A stretch of 62,852 nt of DNA, counting the filler, from Phoronis australis (lineage: Eukaryota; Animalia; Phoronida), in NCBI GenBank assembly GCA_002633005.1. It is 6 parts of 6 records of this genome, joined end to end, with 100 filler letters (N's around TTAATTAATTAA, not from the genome) between each part and the next. Parts side by side here need not be neighbours in the genome. Positions count along the whole stretch, not along the records: positions 1 to 17,928 come from NMRA01000314.1; 5 more parts are not named here. One strand, 5' to 3'. Both the position numbers and the translations under genes were made by a program. Positions within the stretch are counted from its first letter, which is position 1; the number at the start of each line of letters is the position of its first letter. Below the pieces are notes generated by a model that saw only the letters and a program-made list of their open reading frames with translations, ran no database searches and was not told where the DNA came from. Below are positions 1 through 18,028 of this stretch, one piece after another.

Positions 1-4264
<4,264 letters not shown>

Positions 4265-5930
4265 TCATGGTCGGTCACCCTGAGGCATTTAGACGGAGTC
4301 AGCTGATGCATTAATTGACCTATCGCAAGCTCTGTCCCCTTGCATAATGTCGACTAACAAGTTTTACCTGGCATTGTGTTGTTTTTTGGGTAAAATGGCA
4401 GCATGGAAACGAAAGTGTGTAAAGAATGATGAGTTCTAAATAGTCAGTTAAGCCGTCACTCAAAATCCTGGTGGTGGGTCAATTCTACTGCCACAACCAG
4501 TAATGAAGTGTTTGGAGATTCAATAACCTGCGAAATTGACAAGTCAATTTGTATTTTTTGTTCTGTACTCACTGAGAATGCTAAGGCAGGACTCGACGAA
4601 TCGTAGTGGTCATTGAATGCTAAAAATATTTTGAATAAAATTCATGCCAAATGAATGCATTTTATCTAATTGTTTCAATTTGTCTTGTTAGTCCAAGATC
4701 AGTCTCGTGTTGGGTCGTGAGTACACATTTGAATAACTCGCGCAAAGCACCAATTCAAAATTAACTCTATTGGACAGTATTACCTCCAGATGACCAATAA
4801 ATATTTTAATTTAGGTATCAGTTGTTTGCTGTCTGGTGTGCCGTTGAAGATATAACCAATTTTTTTCACCACTGCAATATTTTCTCGACTACCTGTTCAA
4901 TGTTTACACCCTCCCCCACTCAAGGTAGTCAATTACAATGACCTCATTTCATTTTTGGCATACCATGAAGCATGGTGTAGATTTTGTGGAGAGAAATGCA
5001 CACAAGAGTTTCGTTTTAAAGTGATCTGGCCAATGAGACAGTAAATCTAGCTTGTGGTATTAACCCCTCCTGTAGTCCAGACCACAAACTATTAGTATAT
5101 GGTTCGTGTCACTGCAGTGGAACACAATCTACAAGTTGCCATGACTGCAGTTGATTCACTTGGTTGGTTCCATCCGGTGAACCTGTAAAGACATCTGACT
5201 GGCCTATTTCACCAAATGTTGTCATGGAGAACTAACCAGAGGTCTAATTTGGTTCACCTGAACTAATCAAGTGCAACAAATGTCATTGGCAACATATTTG
5301 CACGATTGTTCTGAATTAAAACAACAAAGCAATACAGACTACATTTTAATACCAGATGAAGTGTTATTACAAAGGAATTTCAGCAGAAAACATCAGAAGG
5401 CAACCCACTGTCAGACCCTGGAGACGGTCATCTTTGGGACAGTGGTGTCTGTCTGTGCTTCTAAATCTGCGGCGATATTTATACCAGGCCAACATGAAGA
5501 AATGCAGCCCATGTTTATACCAAGTGCTAGAATTGTGCCCCATGTCAATGCCTATTAAAAGAGGGCTTAAAGATGACCCATGTTTGTGCCTCCTCTGGAA
5601 AACTCTACCTAAATAATACCTTGTATTACAACTTGTTGAGTATTCAATTGTGCAGACTATTATCATTCCAAAAACTATGTCGAGCAAAGCTAGGTGTACT
5701 TACACCAATATGGTGAAAAGGGAACAGACTTCAGTGCTGAGAAAATTGAAAAATGACCCTCCCCCCTCATCTTGGCAGCACGCCCTCATTATCCACTGAA
5801 TTTCCCTTACGGGTGGATAGATAGACCATAATTCATAAACTTTGTTCCAATCTCATAACTGTTTCAATACTGTTTGAGATTCAATTCTTAGTTGTCAGTA
5901 CACCACAATAAAAACCAGTCAAATGACTAC

Positions 5931-6121
5931 CTCGCTAACACATGCATCTCGCTAACACATGTATCTCACTAACACGTTATGTACCTCGCTAACACATGTA
6001 TCTCACTAACACAGTATCTCCCTAACACGTTATGTATCTCACTAACACATGTATCTCACTAACGCATGCATCTCGCTAACACAATGTATCTCACTAACAC
6101 ATGCTTCTCGTTAACACATGT
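5931..6121. repeat. ~17-bp minisatellite (CTCRCTAACACATGTAT)n
   Basis: About 11 slightly degenerate tandem copies in the EHHADH-CPS1 intergenic/3' region. Confidence 0.9.
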
Positions 6122-7161
6122 GTAAGTTGGGAAAAAACATGAATATTAAAGGGAATGTGTACTCTTCAAAAATCAAAAGCACATGTTTCAACGTACTATA
6201 GTTGATATTTGTCCTGAAAGTTCTCACATTGACCGAAAACAAATTACTTCTCAAAATTTATTTTAAAGACAGTTACAGTCAGTAAAAAGTTGTACAGAAC
6301 AATAAAAAGTTAATTTTTAAAAGCTTGCTTGGTCAAAACTGCCCAGTAGAAGGAAATAAAAAATATAAACTCTTTAGAGACTTGGAAAGTCTTCTATAAA
6401 TTTGTTCAACGTAACAAGCGCATTATGAAATTTTTGTTAATTTCTCATTCTGCGACTAGATACTGATTTTTCTGTCACAGTAGTTTCAAAAAAACTACAA
6501 CATTCGTCTGGACTCTTCAAAGTTATGGTGAAAGCCAGGAAAGAAAGAATAAACAAGAAAAAATTAACACAAAATCGTCTAGAAATTGGCCTGAAATTTT
6601 TGCTTTGCAAATCTGCCTACCAATTTTGATAAGAATTATGATCGTTTTTTGAAAACTACTATATGTGCACATCTAATGCACTAAACCTACATTAATTTCT
6701 ATTACAACTTTAGTTGTTTCCCTAAATGACTGCTTTTAATAACTTCTGCACCAACTCAAAAACTTTGGCAATGGAGAATACTAGTCTTAGGATTTTAGTG
6801 CAAATACTGCCATAGAAATTGGACTGTTCTCTAGAATTGACACTTAGAGCCTTAACACACCATCTAAGAACTATTTTGACTCTGAAAGAAACTAAGAATT
6901 GTAGAATTTTAATCAGAACCACACAGACAGCGTACTGTTGGAGGCATACTTAATGACATCTTTTGTTTGTACCCATCCCTAACCCATTCCTCTAGATGTT
7001 AACACGAGGCTAGACATTCTAAGTTGGTGTAACATTGCCTAATGACATTTAAGTACAATTTGCATTCCACTTATTAGATCTTCAGGGCAGATCTTTACAA
7101 AGAAGCTGTTTAACAACACGAGATTCATATCGTTGTGCCGCAAGACCATGTTCATTCATTT

Positions 7162-10100
7162 TTAGGCAAATTTTTCTTGTCGAGGTTGCTGAAAGTGAAA
7201 CAAGCTACTCCCGTCTACTTTACTTTCATGGAACAACGACTCGGCGAACAATTTGCAAATCTGGAAAGAAAAACATCCAAAAATTAGTTCAGGGCAATTA
7301 ACATTGGGTGACAAGGAGGTTGAAATGCACCAGGTTGACACTAGTGACAATGCACGCATAGGACCTTTACCCCGTCCGTCTTGAAAACTTCCTTCATGAA
7401 GAACCCCAATGGGGCTCTCGTGCTTTAGCTCAAGTGTTATGTGCAATGGGCGCAACCATGACGCCTGTGTATGTCTCGTGCACCGCAAATGACATCAGGC
7501 CACCTGCACTGTTTTTACCCCATGAATGACTTAATACTGATGAACAAATTTCTACTCTCCAGTATTCAGATAATAAAGAGACCACACTTTCTCCACTATC
7601 ACCACCTAGTGGTCACTGAGCGTCCTAATTACACCAATTAGAATGCTGAGGCTTATTGCAAACCCAACATTACAGCAAATGGCTGAAATAAAATCTTACC
7701 AATGTCAGTTAAAAAGTTTTGCTAAATTTGACCTTTCTTCATTGTTCAATGTCTTCTAACGTTGACAATGTCAATGATTCTCAAAATATTGTTTATGGTA
7801 GCTATGATATTGAACTTAAGAGAAATTTTATTTTGTGCTTATTATGTAAAGTGAGAAAAAAATGAAAAATTAAATTGTAGCCCTCTTCCATAGTGTGTTC
7901 AAAGTTGGTGAGAGTTTACTAGACACGCCAGTAATAATGCGAGTTTGTTCAGTCCAACACTAGTAACATGAGCAGTCATGGGGATTCAAAGACATGCATT
8001 TCACAACACTGTAACGTTGAACACCCTAAGGCCTAAAGTGGGGAGGAAGTAATTTCTAAAACTCTCTCCAGCCACTCTATCTGAAAAGCATTACATTAAT
8101 CCTAATATGTTCTTACTAAATGGCAGTTTTTGTTCACGTGTTATTGTGAAAAAGGAATAAACTAAATTGTTTCGTGAAAATCAGATCTATGACAAAATTT
8201 TACCTGGAAGTTGGTGATGAGAGGAACTCCACAGTCGATGGCCAATCGGCGGATCAGATAGTTGTCATGGACATACTTAGTATTCTGATTGGGCAGGTTG
8301 ACAACCAAGTCAATCAGGCCATCTTGAATGAGCCTAGAACACAAGACTGCTACTTAGGCACGCTTATACTAACAAGTCGATAAGACCACCATAAGTTTAA
8401 TAATTCAAGCTGAAAACACAATGAATCATTGATACTTAAACAAACCACTTTTGATGGCATTTACTATAAAATCCATGTTTTCCAGAACAGGAGAGATTAC
8501 ACTTACTATCTAACAAACACAGTCACATATAATAGAAACAGACAATACTACATATTCAGGGCTTGGAATGACCAATGACAAAAAAGCGGAAATTTTTACG
8601 GCCCAAAACATGCGCGCACCCAGCCTTGAAATAGGCGATGTGGTCCTTTTGCCGACAAAATTCAGGAGTAAAAAAAAAATGGTACCACCTCCAGAAGTGT
8701 GCATATGCGTCTTTTTAGCTCGTCCATCCACTCCTCCACTCCCAGCTCCACACATTTTTGGCTGCAGAGTCGCAGTATTTGTCAAAGCGGTTTACAATCA
8801 CACGAGACGCCATTGAAGAATCCACCATGCTATCCCAGATGCCCCGGCAATGTTGACAATTTAAAACATAAAGAGCAACTTCCGCTTTTCGAGGTGAAAG
8901 TCGTCGGCAATGCCGCGGTAAGAAAGAAATTTGCCGTGGATATTTTATATCAAATCGATTTTTTACGCGGAAATATAATAAAATACGTGGACAGAACATT
9001 TGAAAAAATTGGAAATCCGCGTTTCCGCGGAAAATTCCAAGCCTTGATATTACACCAAATGTGAACTTACTGAGTAGCTACAGGAGCCTCAGGGTGGGTG
9101 TTGCTAGCCACTGGCCAGCTAACAGCAGTGACGTCCAGCCCATGGGACCTCAGGAAAGCTGTCGTACCTGTAGTGGCATACAACTGTAATAGAAGATGGG
9201 TAAGATGCAGTGGTCAGAAATGTCTTGGAAATTAAGTTTTGAATAAAGCCTAGTGTAAATGTAATGACCAATAAATACCTACCAAAAGTCAAATTCACTA
9301 ATATCGTCATTTTTGCAAGGTTTTGAAATAACACAAGGCCTTTGACTAGTCTACCTTAAATCCTAAGTCGTTGTAGTGGACAGCTGTTGGCAGAAAGTCT
9401 GGTTCAAAATCCTTCTGGATTCCAATCAAAAGACTGCCTCCTCTCTTGGGAATTTTGAGTCCTGCTGACATGAGAGACTTCAAGAAGGCAGTGTATAGAT
9501 CTTGTCCAAAACAGGCGACCTGTACGTCATAAGAAAACAGTTTTTTCATCAAATGTGCCCTACTAAGCACTCAGAGTAAAAAATAAGACTTCAAAAGTAT
9601 GACTTACTGGTAGCTATCTCAAATATAAAGTAACTATTAAATTCTTAAGGCAGAAGAGTTAGTCAATACAAACAGATGGGTGATGTCCTATCCAGCAACA
9701 GGAAGTCCAAATATGACATCAACAAATTTATTTTGTGCAGATATGAGAACATCTGGGAGAGAGCTAAAAACAGGAAAATAAAATTAATTCATTTCTATTC
9801 TGAATTTTAACATGTTTCTATGAGGTCAAAAGGATATTGCATAATTTTACATTTAAAGAACAGTAAGTGGAATTATAAAAAGAGACGGACAACACGATTC
9901 AAATAACTCAAACGCATTTAAGCAATGAACCAATAATTACACATATTTTGTTTTTGGATAATGATAAACTTTAAAGCTGATAATAACCGAGCTTTCCTTA
10001 AAGAAACAAACTTTTGTGATTTATGGCACTTGCTGCCATAAAACAGGCTGTAATGATACGTATGATGATAACCTCAAGTCTGTATTTAGCCAAATATCTA

Positions 10101-13100
10101 TAATTAAACTTTAACTTAATAGTAAAAGTATATATTTTCTGGCAGTAGAAAAATTAGGTTTTTCACATTTTACTAATCTGACAATAATTGAGTCACATGA
10201 CCACACATTTTAAGTAAAATTTAGCAAATAAACAGTAAGTAACTTGATAAGAAAACAACACTATTTACATGATCAAATGTTATTAGATAAACATGTTCAA
10301 TATGACATATCTGTTGCGCTTTTCTAGATTATCATTTCATTTTACATAAGTTAAAATCATAAGTCACAGTTTTGATAACCCTCAGGCAAAAGGGGAACAT
10401 CTCGTATTTTTTGAGAACAATTATGCATAAAACAAAGATATCTAAAAGTTTCATATGAATACCGTCAGCCATTCTTACAAAATTACCTTTGTTCTGTGTA
10501 AAGAACAAGTTCATGAAAGACCAAATTCATGAAAGAACAAGTTCATGAGTTCTAAAAAAACTAGCTTGAAGAAAAAGCATCCAATTTTAACACAATAAAC
10601 CACATACTTTATAGTTCAAGGAATTTCATTTCAACTTTTGCAGTGACACCTAATGACCAAATAAATGCTGCCTTGTTGATCAACAGATTTGAGTAATACA
10701 AAACTTTCAAACTAAAATGTGTCTTACAACAAACTGACCTCCCCAGTTGACGACATTTCACATCTCAGCAGGGGATCTGCCCCGCCCAGCCGAGGCCACG
10801 AGAACATGGGGGCCTTGATGCCGACATAGCTCTCTGGGACATGGGGGTGCTCCAGAGATGGCAGGTGGTCCTCGGGAACCGGCAGGTCTAACATCACACG
10901 AGTGGCTACCTCCACTAGGTCAGTGCCAATCGTCTTGGAGACAAATGGAAATGATCGCGATGCCCGCAGGTTACACTCAATTACCTGGAAAATGACAACA
11001 GTCACGTCACAGCACACAAAACTTAATAAGCACCCGACTGCAGGCAAGACGTTTGTTAATGACAAACGTGAATCTTATAAGGTGATATACCAGGTAATGA
11101 AGAAATATAAAAGCACTTGCCAGCACATTATCACAACTATGTCTCGACACTGTTCCACACATCACAGTTTGCAAATTGATATCGTGCATCCTATGAAATT
11201 TGCGAGAGCCAAAGTTTCCAGAACATCGCAACAGGATTACTGAGTGATCAATATTTCAGAGTCGATAATTGTTCATCTGCTGCTGGTGGTCACCTGGCAT
11301 AATTTTTTTCAAAAAATTTCCTCTTCCATTGCACCTTTTGTACACATTTCCATAGAAATCAGTGGATTTATTTCCAGAGTCCTAGGAAAGTGGAACGTCA
11401 CAACATCAAAACACAAAAACTGAAGCTTCCAATCCTTAGTGTGCCCAGGGTTGATCTAGTGTCAGAGTTAGCCAGGGGTGATCAAGTGTTACCTTGGTCA
11501 TCAACAGTGGAAAACAACTGGATCCCAATATTCAAAGCTTTAACTGTAAAATTTCGAAAAATATTACCTTTCTTATGTTTTCAGCAAAAACAAATCCGCA
11601 AATTTGTCAGTTGCGATTTATGAATCGGTGAACAATTGTCTGAAATCACAACTGTGAATGGCGTCCAAAAGACTTTGATTGAGAATTACCAACAACATTT
11701 CCATCTCATTATCTTAGAGATCTCCACATACAGACTCAATAGTCGGTGCAAATATGTGTGAAAGCTGTAGTGTAATGGGCTGTAACTAGAATATCATGAG
11801 ATGTTTAGGCTAACGGAAGGTCACGAAATTCGAGATTTTTCTGAGCACAAAAATTCAGAAGAATCCTTCGAGAGACAGTAGCGATAATTTGAAAGTGGCA
11901 GTTACAGGCGCCATCTTTTGTCTGACATTGGCCAAAAATAATAGGCCCCAAGCTGTCGAGGAGTTATAATGCTATGCGTAAATTGCACAATGATTATGCA
12001 AGAAATGCAATGCGTAGAGTGTACAAGAAACATTTCTAACAAGACAACAAATTCACAACATAGCAATGGTGAATAGAAATTTGCCAAGTAAAAACCACTG
12101 ACCTAGTTTTTAGCAATATTTTGATTGCAAGTTCATCAAACACTATTATAGTTGGGTTATCCTGGACTTGTCGCTACTGTGGAATCCATAGAGAAATGAG
12201 CTTACCATAACCTTGTCATCCTTGACCAAAAACTGCATGTTGAATGGACCAGTAATGTTAAACCTCTGGGCAATCCGTCTGGTTATATCATTAACCTGTG
12301 GAAGAAGAGTAACATTATCATTCGGCAAATAACAACAGAGTTACAACTTGTGGCAGGAAAATTTTCATTTCTTTAATGAATAAAACAAAATCCATAATTA
12401 GTCTTCAAGCAATTCCAAAGTATGAACATGGATTCCAAAGTATGAACATGGATTCCAAAGTATGAACATGGATTCCAAAGTATGAACATGGATTCAAAAA
12501 ACTAAATTAAATGCAACACTAGCAACATGGAACAAAACACAACAAAAATAGTTTTCCGGAATTACGAAAAATCAGTTATAAAGCAATCACCACTCATGAC
12601 ACGTATAGACTCAATGAACAGAATAATTTATTGACAAGCTTTTTCCAGGTGGTATACCACAGAGCGCTCACACTGACAGGCTACACAAAGATGTGTTGTC
12701 AAACACAGTAGCATCACAGTGCCCACCTGTTTGCTGAGGCTAGGAAAAATCTATAGCCACAAACCCCCCAAGGCGGGCTTAAATTTTCCAGGTGAACAAA
12801 ATTTGGAACTAAAACTTGTAGCACGTTACATGAGAGTAAAAATGTGGATAATCCTGTGATTACATAAAAATGTTCGTGTCCATATGGTTGAGTATATCCC
12901 TGAAAGCGTTACATTGTGAAGTCGCGTAACTAACCTTGTCAATGACCCGTTGATCTACTGTGTGAGGGGGCAGCACTAGTGTTGCATCACCGCTGTGTAC
13001 ACCAGCGTTCTCTACGTGCTCGGACACAGCGTGTGCAACAACCTGCAACATACAGCAAGTGCACGTACAGTCAAAGCCCAAAGAACATGATGAAAAACAC

Positions 13101-16100
13101 ATTTATCATAAATTAAAGGACCACATAACATTAATTACGTCAAGCATAAATCACAACTTCAAAACATAAAATAGTGGACTTGAATTTTCATGTTGAGTTA
13201 ATCAATGAACTCATTCAGTCTGCCATATCACATTTTAATAGGAAGCCAGCATCTTGAAGAACCAAAACAAAGGGTTCCCCCAAAACATGAACCAACGCCT
13301 TGATTTTCAACGTGACGGTGCATGGACTTTAAGGCAGGTGGACGAAAATTCACCACCAGTCGTCACAAAATACAAAACTAAAATTTATAACCAGCAAAAT
13401 TTTGTGCTTCACAAGCTCTAACATCATACGATGGCAGACACAATATTTGTAACGTGGCACCAAAGAAGAAAGCGATGTCCTTTTATTGTACAAATAGATT
13501 GTAAACGGAAAGTTGTTCACCACCAGGGAGCACTGGTGGCAGTCTTGAATCCACGCTCCAGAATACGAGGCTATTTGGTCAAATGTTTTAGCATACTATG
13601 CTACAATTTGATTAGAATGCGAAATAGAGAAATTGAAAATATTGAGCAATATAATACTTGTCTTCAAATTATTTAAAAATATTAGAGAAATGAGACAATT
13701 TGAAATGTTCAAATACATGAGTGGATTCAAATCAGATCACAGCTTAGAATTGTCAAATTTCAAGCTGTTATCCAGACTGTAATGCTAATAAAGGCTGGAT
13801 GTAAATTTCACAAGCGCCACCTAGTGAATAATTATCGAACTGTTCCCATTATCACTCCTTGTTCACCTTTCCATTCTTAGCCACAGCATCCATTTCCACT
13901 TCCCGTGCACCCTGTATGAATTTAGTGATGACTACAGGGTGCTCCCTAGACACTGATGTGGCCAGAGTCAAGAACTTCTTCATCTCTTCCGGACTGTAGG
14001 CCACATTCATGGCTGAGCCACTCAATACAAAGGAAGGACGCAGCAGGCAGGGATATCCAACGCTATCAGCGAAGTCCAAGGCATCATTCTGTCGGACATA
14101 AGCACAACGATGAGTGAATAATGATAACGTACCTACCAACCCTTTTTAATCCTCTTGCCAGCACCCACACTCAATGCAACATTAGTTTGAGAATGGACTA
14201 GAGGATACGAGAACACTAAATAGGTACCCAGGCCTTTATCCAGGATTTCGAAAATAGGGTGTCCAAAATGGAGTTCCCAATATTCCAGGGCGTCCATGAT
14301 TCCGACGCGTAACCCCCCACCCCTAGCAATTCCCCCAAACACAGATAAATTGAGATTTTCTACTTCTCAGATATCGTAGCTGAAGCCTTCATCAGGGTGA
14401 TGTCTTGCGCGGGACAGAATTTTTTTGAACTAATCTAATTACCAGGACATGTGATGTCACCACAAATGAGTACGGTTAGGTGTGTTGTTAATTCCACAAA
14501 ATAACCACCGGTTGTCTCATTACACGATGGAGGTCAAAACAATAACGCTGATAAATAGCCCCCTTCCTGTAGCTGTGCCTGTGTGCACCAAACCATTGAA
14601 CAAGTTTATTTACAAACAAGACTTTGTTACAGAGGGAAAAATTGACCTAATCTCTTATCCAGTATCTTGTATCTAACACAGCCAGGGGTTAATCTGCATG
14701 TCACACAGTCACAGCGTTTCATCTCTGAAACAAGCATTGGCTTTCACCCTTAAAACACAGGGATCTTAGTGTACGTACCAGTGACGAAAGTGACCTCCAC
14801 GGAGCCTGGTCGCAGCCTATTTCATCCAAGATGGCAGAGAAGGATGACCTGTCTTCAGCGGCATCAATCATGAGAGGACTAGTGCCCAGCACACGCACCC
14901 CATTCTTGTGTAGTGGGAGGGCGAGGTTATTGGGGATCTGACCCCCCACGGAAATGACAACACCAGATGACTTCTGGAAATAAAGAACGTCCGACAATGG
15001 GTTGGTGTTTGATCCCATTTAAGTCACAATTTTTCATGTCAAAATTTTCAAAAGCTCACAGGGAACCCCCAATTTCCAACCTTTTTGATGCTTTTTGCAC
15101 TTTGTAAGTCATATCAAGTTTCTTTTTCTACATATACAAGACACAATATTTGTCAGAGATGAATTCCAAAATTTTCCAATTTATGAAAGAATGAACCAGC
15201 ACTTGATGCACACTAAAATAACTGAAAACTCAAAAAACACTAACAGTCTACTTGGCTCACCGGATTACAATAAAAGTATGACAGAAATCAAAAATCGTCT
15301 CAAAATGTCACAGAATTTCAGGCAAGCATGTTTTGTTACAGAATGTCACCATGTCACAGGGAACCCATTCCCTGAGACATGACATGACATCAACAATATG
15401 CATCAGCAGGGTTCTTCACCCAGCTCTGTGTCTGCTTTCTATGGCCCAAAGGTTATAGTTCTTCTCGTATGCGCTCAAACACTTTCAAAAACATTACAAC
15501 TTCGTGAAATCTACGTATTACGGAGAAACTAAGACTTTTACACACCGTTAGTCACATCATGTGATCTATGACCTACGATCATTTCTTGTCTGGATCAAGA
15601 TTTGCATAAAGACCAAGGCTCAAAAATGTAAGAGAATAGAACTTCTTCCTACATCAAAGCAGATGAGAACATTTGAATGTAAACAGAGACAAAAAAACGA
15701 GATTAAACCAACATCAGTGGTCATACAATAGAAACTTGTGATATCACCCGCAGGACTTTTTCAAATTTGTATTCAATATTTGTTTTCTTCAAATGGATTT
15801 GTCGTATTAAACCTATTCACAGGTGTTATGTAGCTAAAAACCTCTGTTTCAATCGTTTTAAAGTTAGCTCTAACACAAATTAAGTAACTAATTCTGGCCT
15901 CTCTATAAGATCAACTCACACTACAAGTTGTGTAAACTTGTAGCTGTCGAATCCATAACATACCTCGTGGTTATAGATGTCAAGCACACGCTCTAGGGAC
16001 AGTTCCTCAAAATAAAGCCGGTCGCACTCATCAAAGTCCGTACTCACAGTCTCCGGGTTATTGTTCACAACGATCTACAAAACATTAATCACTGCACTAT

Positions 16101-17125
16101 ATCTCGCTGCACTATCTCACTGCACTATACCTCACTGCACTATACCTCACTGCACTATATCTCACTGCACTATATCTCACTGCACTATATCTCACAGCTT
16201 CAAAGGTTGAATTTTGAAACCGTCGGCAGTAACAGAAAACTTTATTCAACACAACAGTATATCTAGCTTTAAGTTGTTGTTGAGGACAATCACTGCTTTA
16301 GAAACTCATTAGGCTTAGTCATTGCTCATCAATACAAAAGGTTTAATTCATTAGAAGTGAGAACATACAGTCAAATGTCTGTTTCTAATGCACAATGACA
16401 AACTAAAGTGTTAACCCAGTAGCACTATTGTTAACTCATGAAAAATTATTTAACATGAAATTTTATTGATAGTAAATAAGCGAGTAAAAACTATATTGAG
16501 CATTGTTTTACGCAAAGGTAAGTGCAAAATTGTCTGAATTTAATTTTGTGAAACATCAAAACTATAGAGTCATCAAATAAGGCATGGTAACTATTGTTTT
16601 CTATACTGTGGTTGGAATGGAGCTCTCAGGTGTTGTTTTCTGCTGTGTGGAATAAAATGGTTCGGAAATGTATTTTACAAAATTTTAAGGTTCACCTGTA
16701 ATTAGAGCATTGGAGGCACCTGTATGTGGGACATTGGAGTGGAAAAATCTTACAAAAAACGCATTCTTCAGCATATAGACGCATGCGCTTTTTTGCGGGC
16801 TGTATGGTAACCAGGAGTACTGCTGAGTATTCACCAGGTGGCGCAGAGCACTAAACCACCACAAACTTGATAAGTCTACACACAATGCAGTCAAAAGTAA
16901 TAATCACTCGCACTGGACTCTTACCGATTTCAGTCCTAACTGTCGCAAATTACGAATGGCGGAGACGGCACACCAGTCAAACTCCACGCTACTGCCTATG
17001 TGGTATGGTCCACAGCCAAGCACCATGGTGCCGTGGTCAGTAAAGTCAACATCATGCTCCATAGCATTGTAAGAACAGTACAGGTAGTTGGTGTGAGCAG
17101 GGTACTCGGCGGCCATTGTGTCAAT
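7162..17125 (-). CDS. CPS1: Carbamoyl-phosphate synthetase, CPS1/CPS III type (NAG-activated class), last 11 coding exons
   Basis: Minus-strand exons 17125-16925, 16074-15964, 14973-14779, 14088-13867, 13042-12935, 12295-12206, 10984-10739, 9519-9355, 9183-9071, 8333-8204 and 7260-7162 (TAA), all GT-AG and in phase. Motifs include [85 protein letters not shown] and [18 protein letters not shown]. The protein ends after the allosteric (MGS-like) domain, so it is not CAD. The 5' exons are absent from this contig. Confidence 0.95.
8557..9046. mobile_element. Non-autonomous TIR element (MITE) in a CPS1 intron, 5-bp TSD
   Basis: Termini CAGGGCTTGGAAT...ATTCCAAGCCTTG flanked by ATATT on both sides; homologous inverted copy at 61021-61606. 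Confidence 0.8.
12412..12495. repeat. 20-bp perfect tandem repeat (ATTCCAAAGTATGAACATGG) x4
   Basis: Four identical adjacent units with no spacers, in a CPS1 intron. Confidence 0.92.
16090..16196. repeat. 15-bp minisatellite (CACTGCACTATAYCT) x7
   Basis: Tandem units next to the acceptor of the CPS1 exon at 15964-16074. Confidence 0.9.
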
Positions 17126-17199
17126 CTATAACATGTGTGCAAGAGTAAGACTCTTAGATGATTGACAGGCGTCCAATAACCAGTTAAACGCGCAATTCA

Positions 17200-17296
17200 C
17201 AGTGGTGCCCCCGTTTTTTTTTTAGTCCGCCCGCACCAAAAGGTCCACAACGCCAGGAATTCGAACCCCCCACATTGAAGGGTGGGTGCGCATGTA
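17200..17296. repeat. Dispersed repeat fragment shared (inverted) with 48775-48877
   Basis: TTTTTTTAGTCCGCCCGC...CAAAAGGTCCACA.CG.CAG.AATTCGA occurs here and as the reverse complement at about 48775-48877. Confidence 0.7.
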
Positions 17297-17802
17297 CTTA
17301 AATTTGTAATTGCAGAGAATTCATCAATTACGTACCCCAAAAAGTCTCCCAGGAAATTCTAAACTTTCTAATAGTTTTCAAAAGTGAAGCTGAAAGACTT
17401 TTCAGGAATTGCTATTTTATCGAAAATGAGACCAAACTAGACCCAGTACTCTTGACATCATGCAGTAATAACAATTATCCAGTGGGTATGTTTCTCAGGC
17501 TCAACTACATACGTCTCATCTCCGTCCATTAAATGTCGTAGCTAGATTTGGGGCCAATGGTGTTCGGGTTCTATACAGACACGAATAACAGAGAAAGCAC
17601 CGCCATCTTGCTATTTGATGGTTACAAACTGTGTCCCCCCCTCCTTTATTCTAGATCCGTCAGTTTACTTATCGCTTGTTCTGTGTTGTATATATCAAAA
17701 TTAGATTAACAGGGCGAACAAAGTTTATTTAAAATCCATCCTCACAAATATATCTTTGAGCCAACTTCAACATAGCCGTAATTTCATTATGTATTCACAA
17801 AG

Positions 17803-17902
17803 GGAGGAATCTATGTGCTGACAATGCTGGACACATTCGCTGCTGGTACCTCGCTTTTGTTCGCCGTCTTCATTGAAGCCGTTGGTGTAGCGTGGCTGTA
17901 TG
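17803..17902 (+). CDS. Single internal exon of an SLC6 monoamine (NET/DAT-like) transporter
   Basis: Clean AG...GTAAG exon of 100 bp encoding [33 protein letters not shown](G), recognisably the TM10 region of NET/DAT-type SLC6 transporters. It is missing from the ORF track. Confidence 0.85.
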
Positions 17903-17928
17903 GTAAGGAATTTTTTTTTTTTTTTTTT

Positions 17929-18028
17929 NNNNNNNNNNNNNNNNNNNNNNNNNNNNNNNNNNNNNNNNNNNNTTAATTAATTAANNNNNNNNNNNNNNNN
18001 NNNNNNNNNNNNNNNNNNNNNNNNNNNN
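17929..18028. other. Scaffolding spacer N44-TTAATTAATTAA-N44
   Basis: The same 100-bp construct occurs five times; TTAATTAATTAA has stop codons in all six frames. Confidence 0.97.

Noticed and set aside
8510-9064. Cluster of overlapping 80-120 aa ORFs (and similar ones at 61000-61639, 34710-35190, 35478-36082)
   Set aside because: They fall in MITEs, palindromes or other non-genic sequence and show no recognisable protein motifs.
12412-12495. CRISPR-like short direct repeats (also 48870-48985, 21604-21774)
   Set aside because: Units are contiguous with no unique spacers, there are no cas genes, and the context is eukaryotic; these are plain minisatellites.
7162-17125. CAD trifunctional protein
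   Set aside because: A stop codon follows the allosteric domain with a CPS1-like C-terminus; no dihydroorotase or ATCase exons downstream.
17973-17984. Recurrent TTAATTAATTAA motif as a biological signal
   Set aside because: Always centred in exactly 44+44 Ns; a synthetic six-frame-stop linker.
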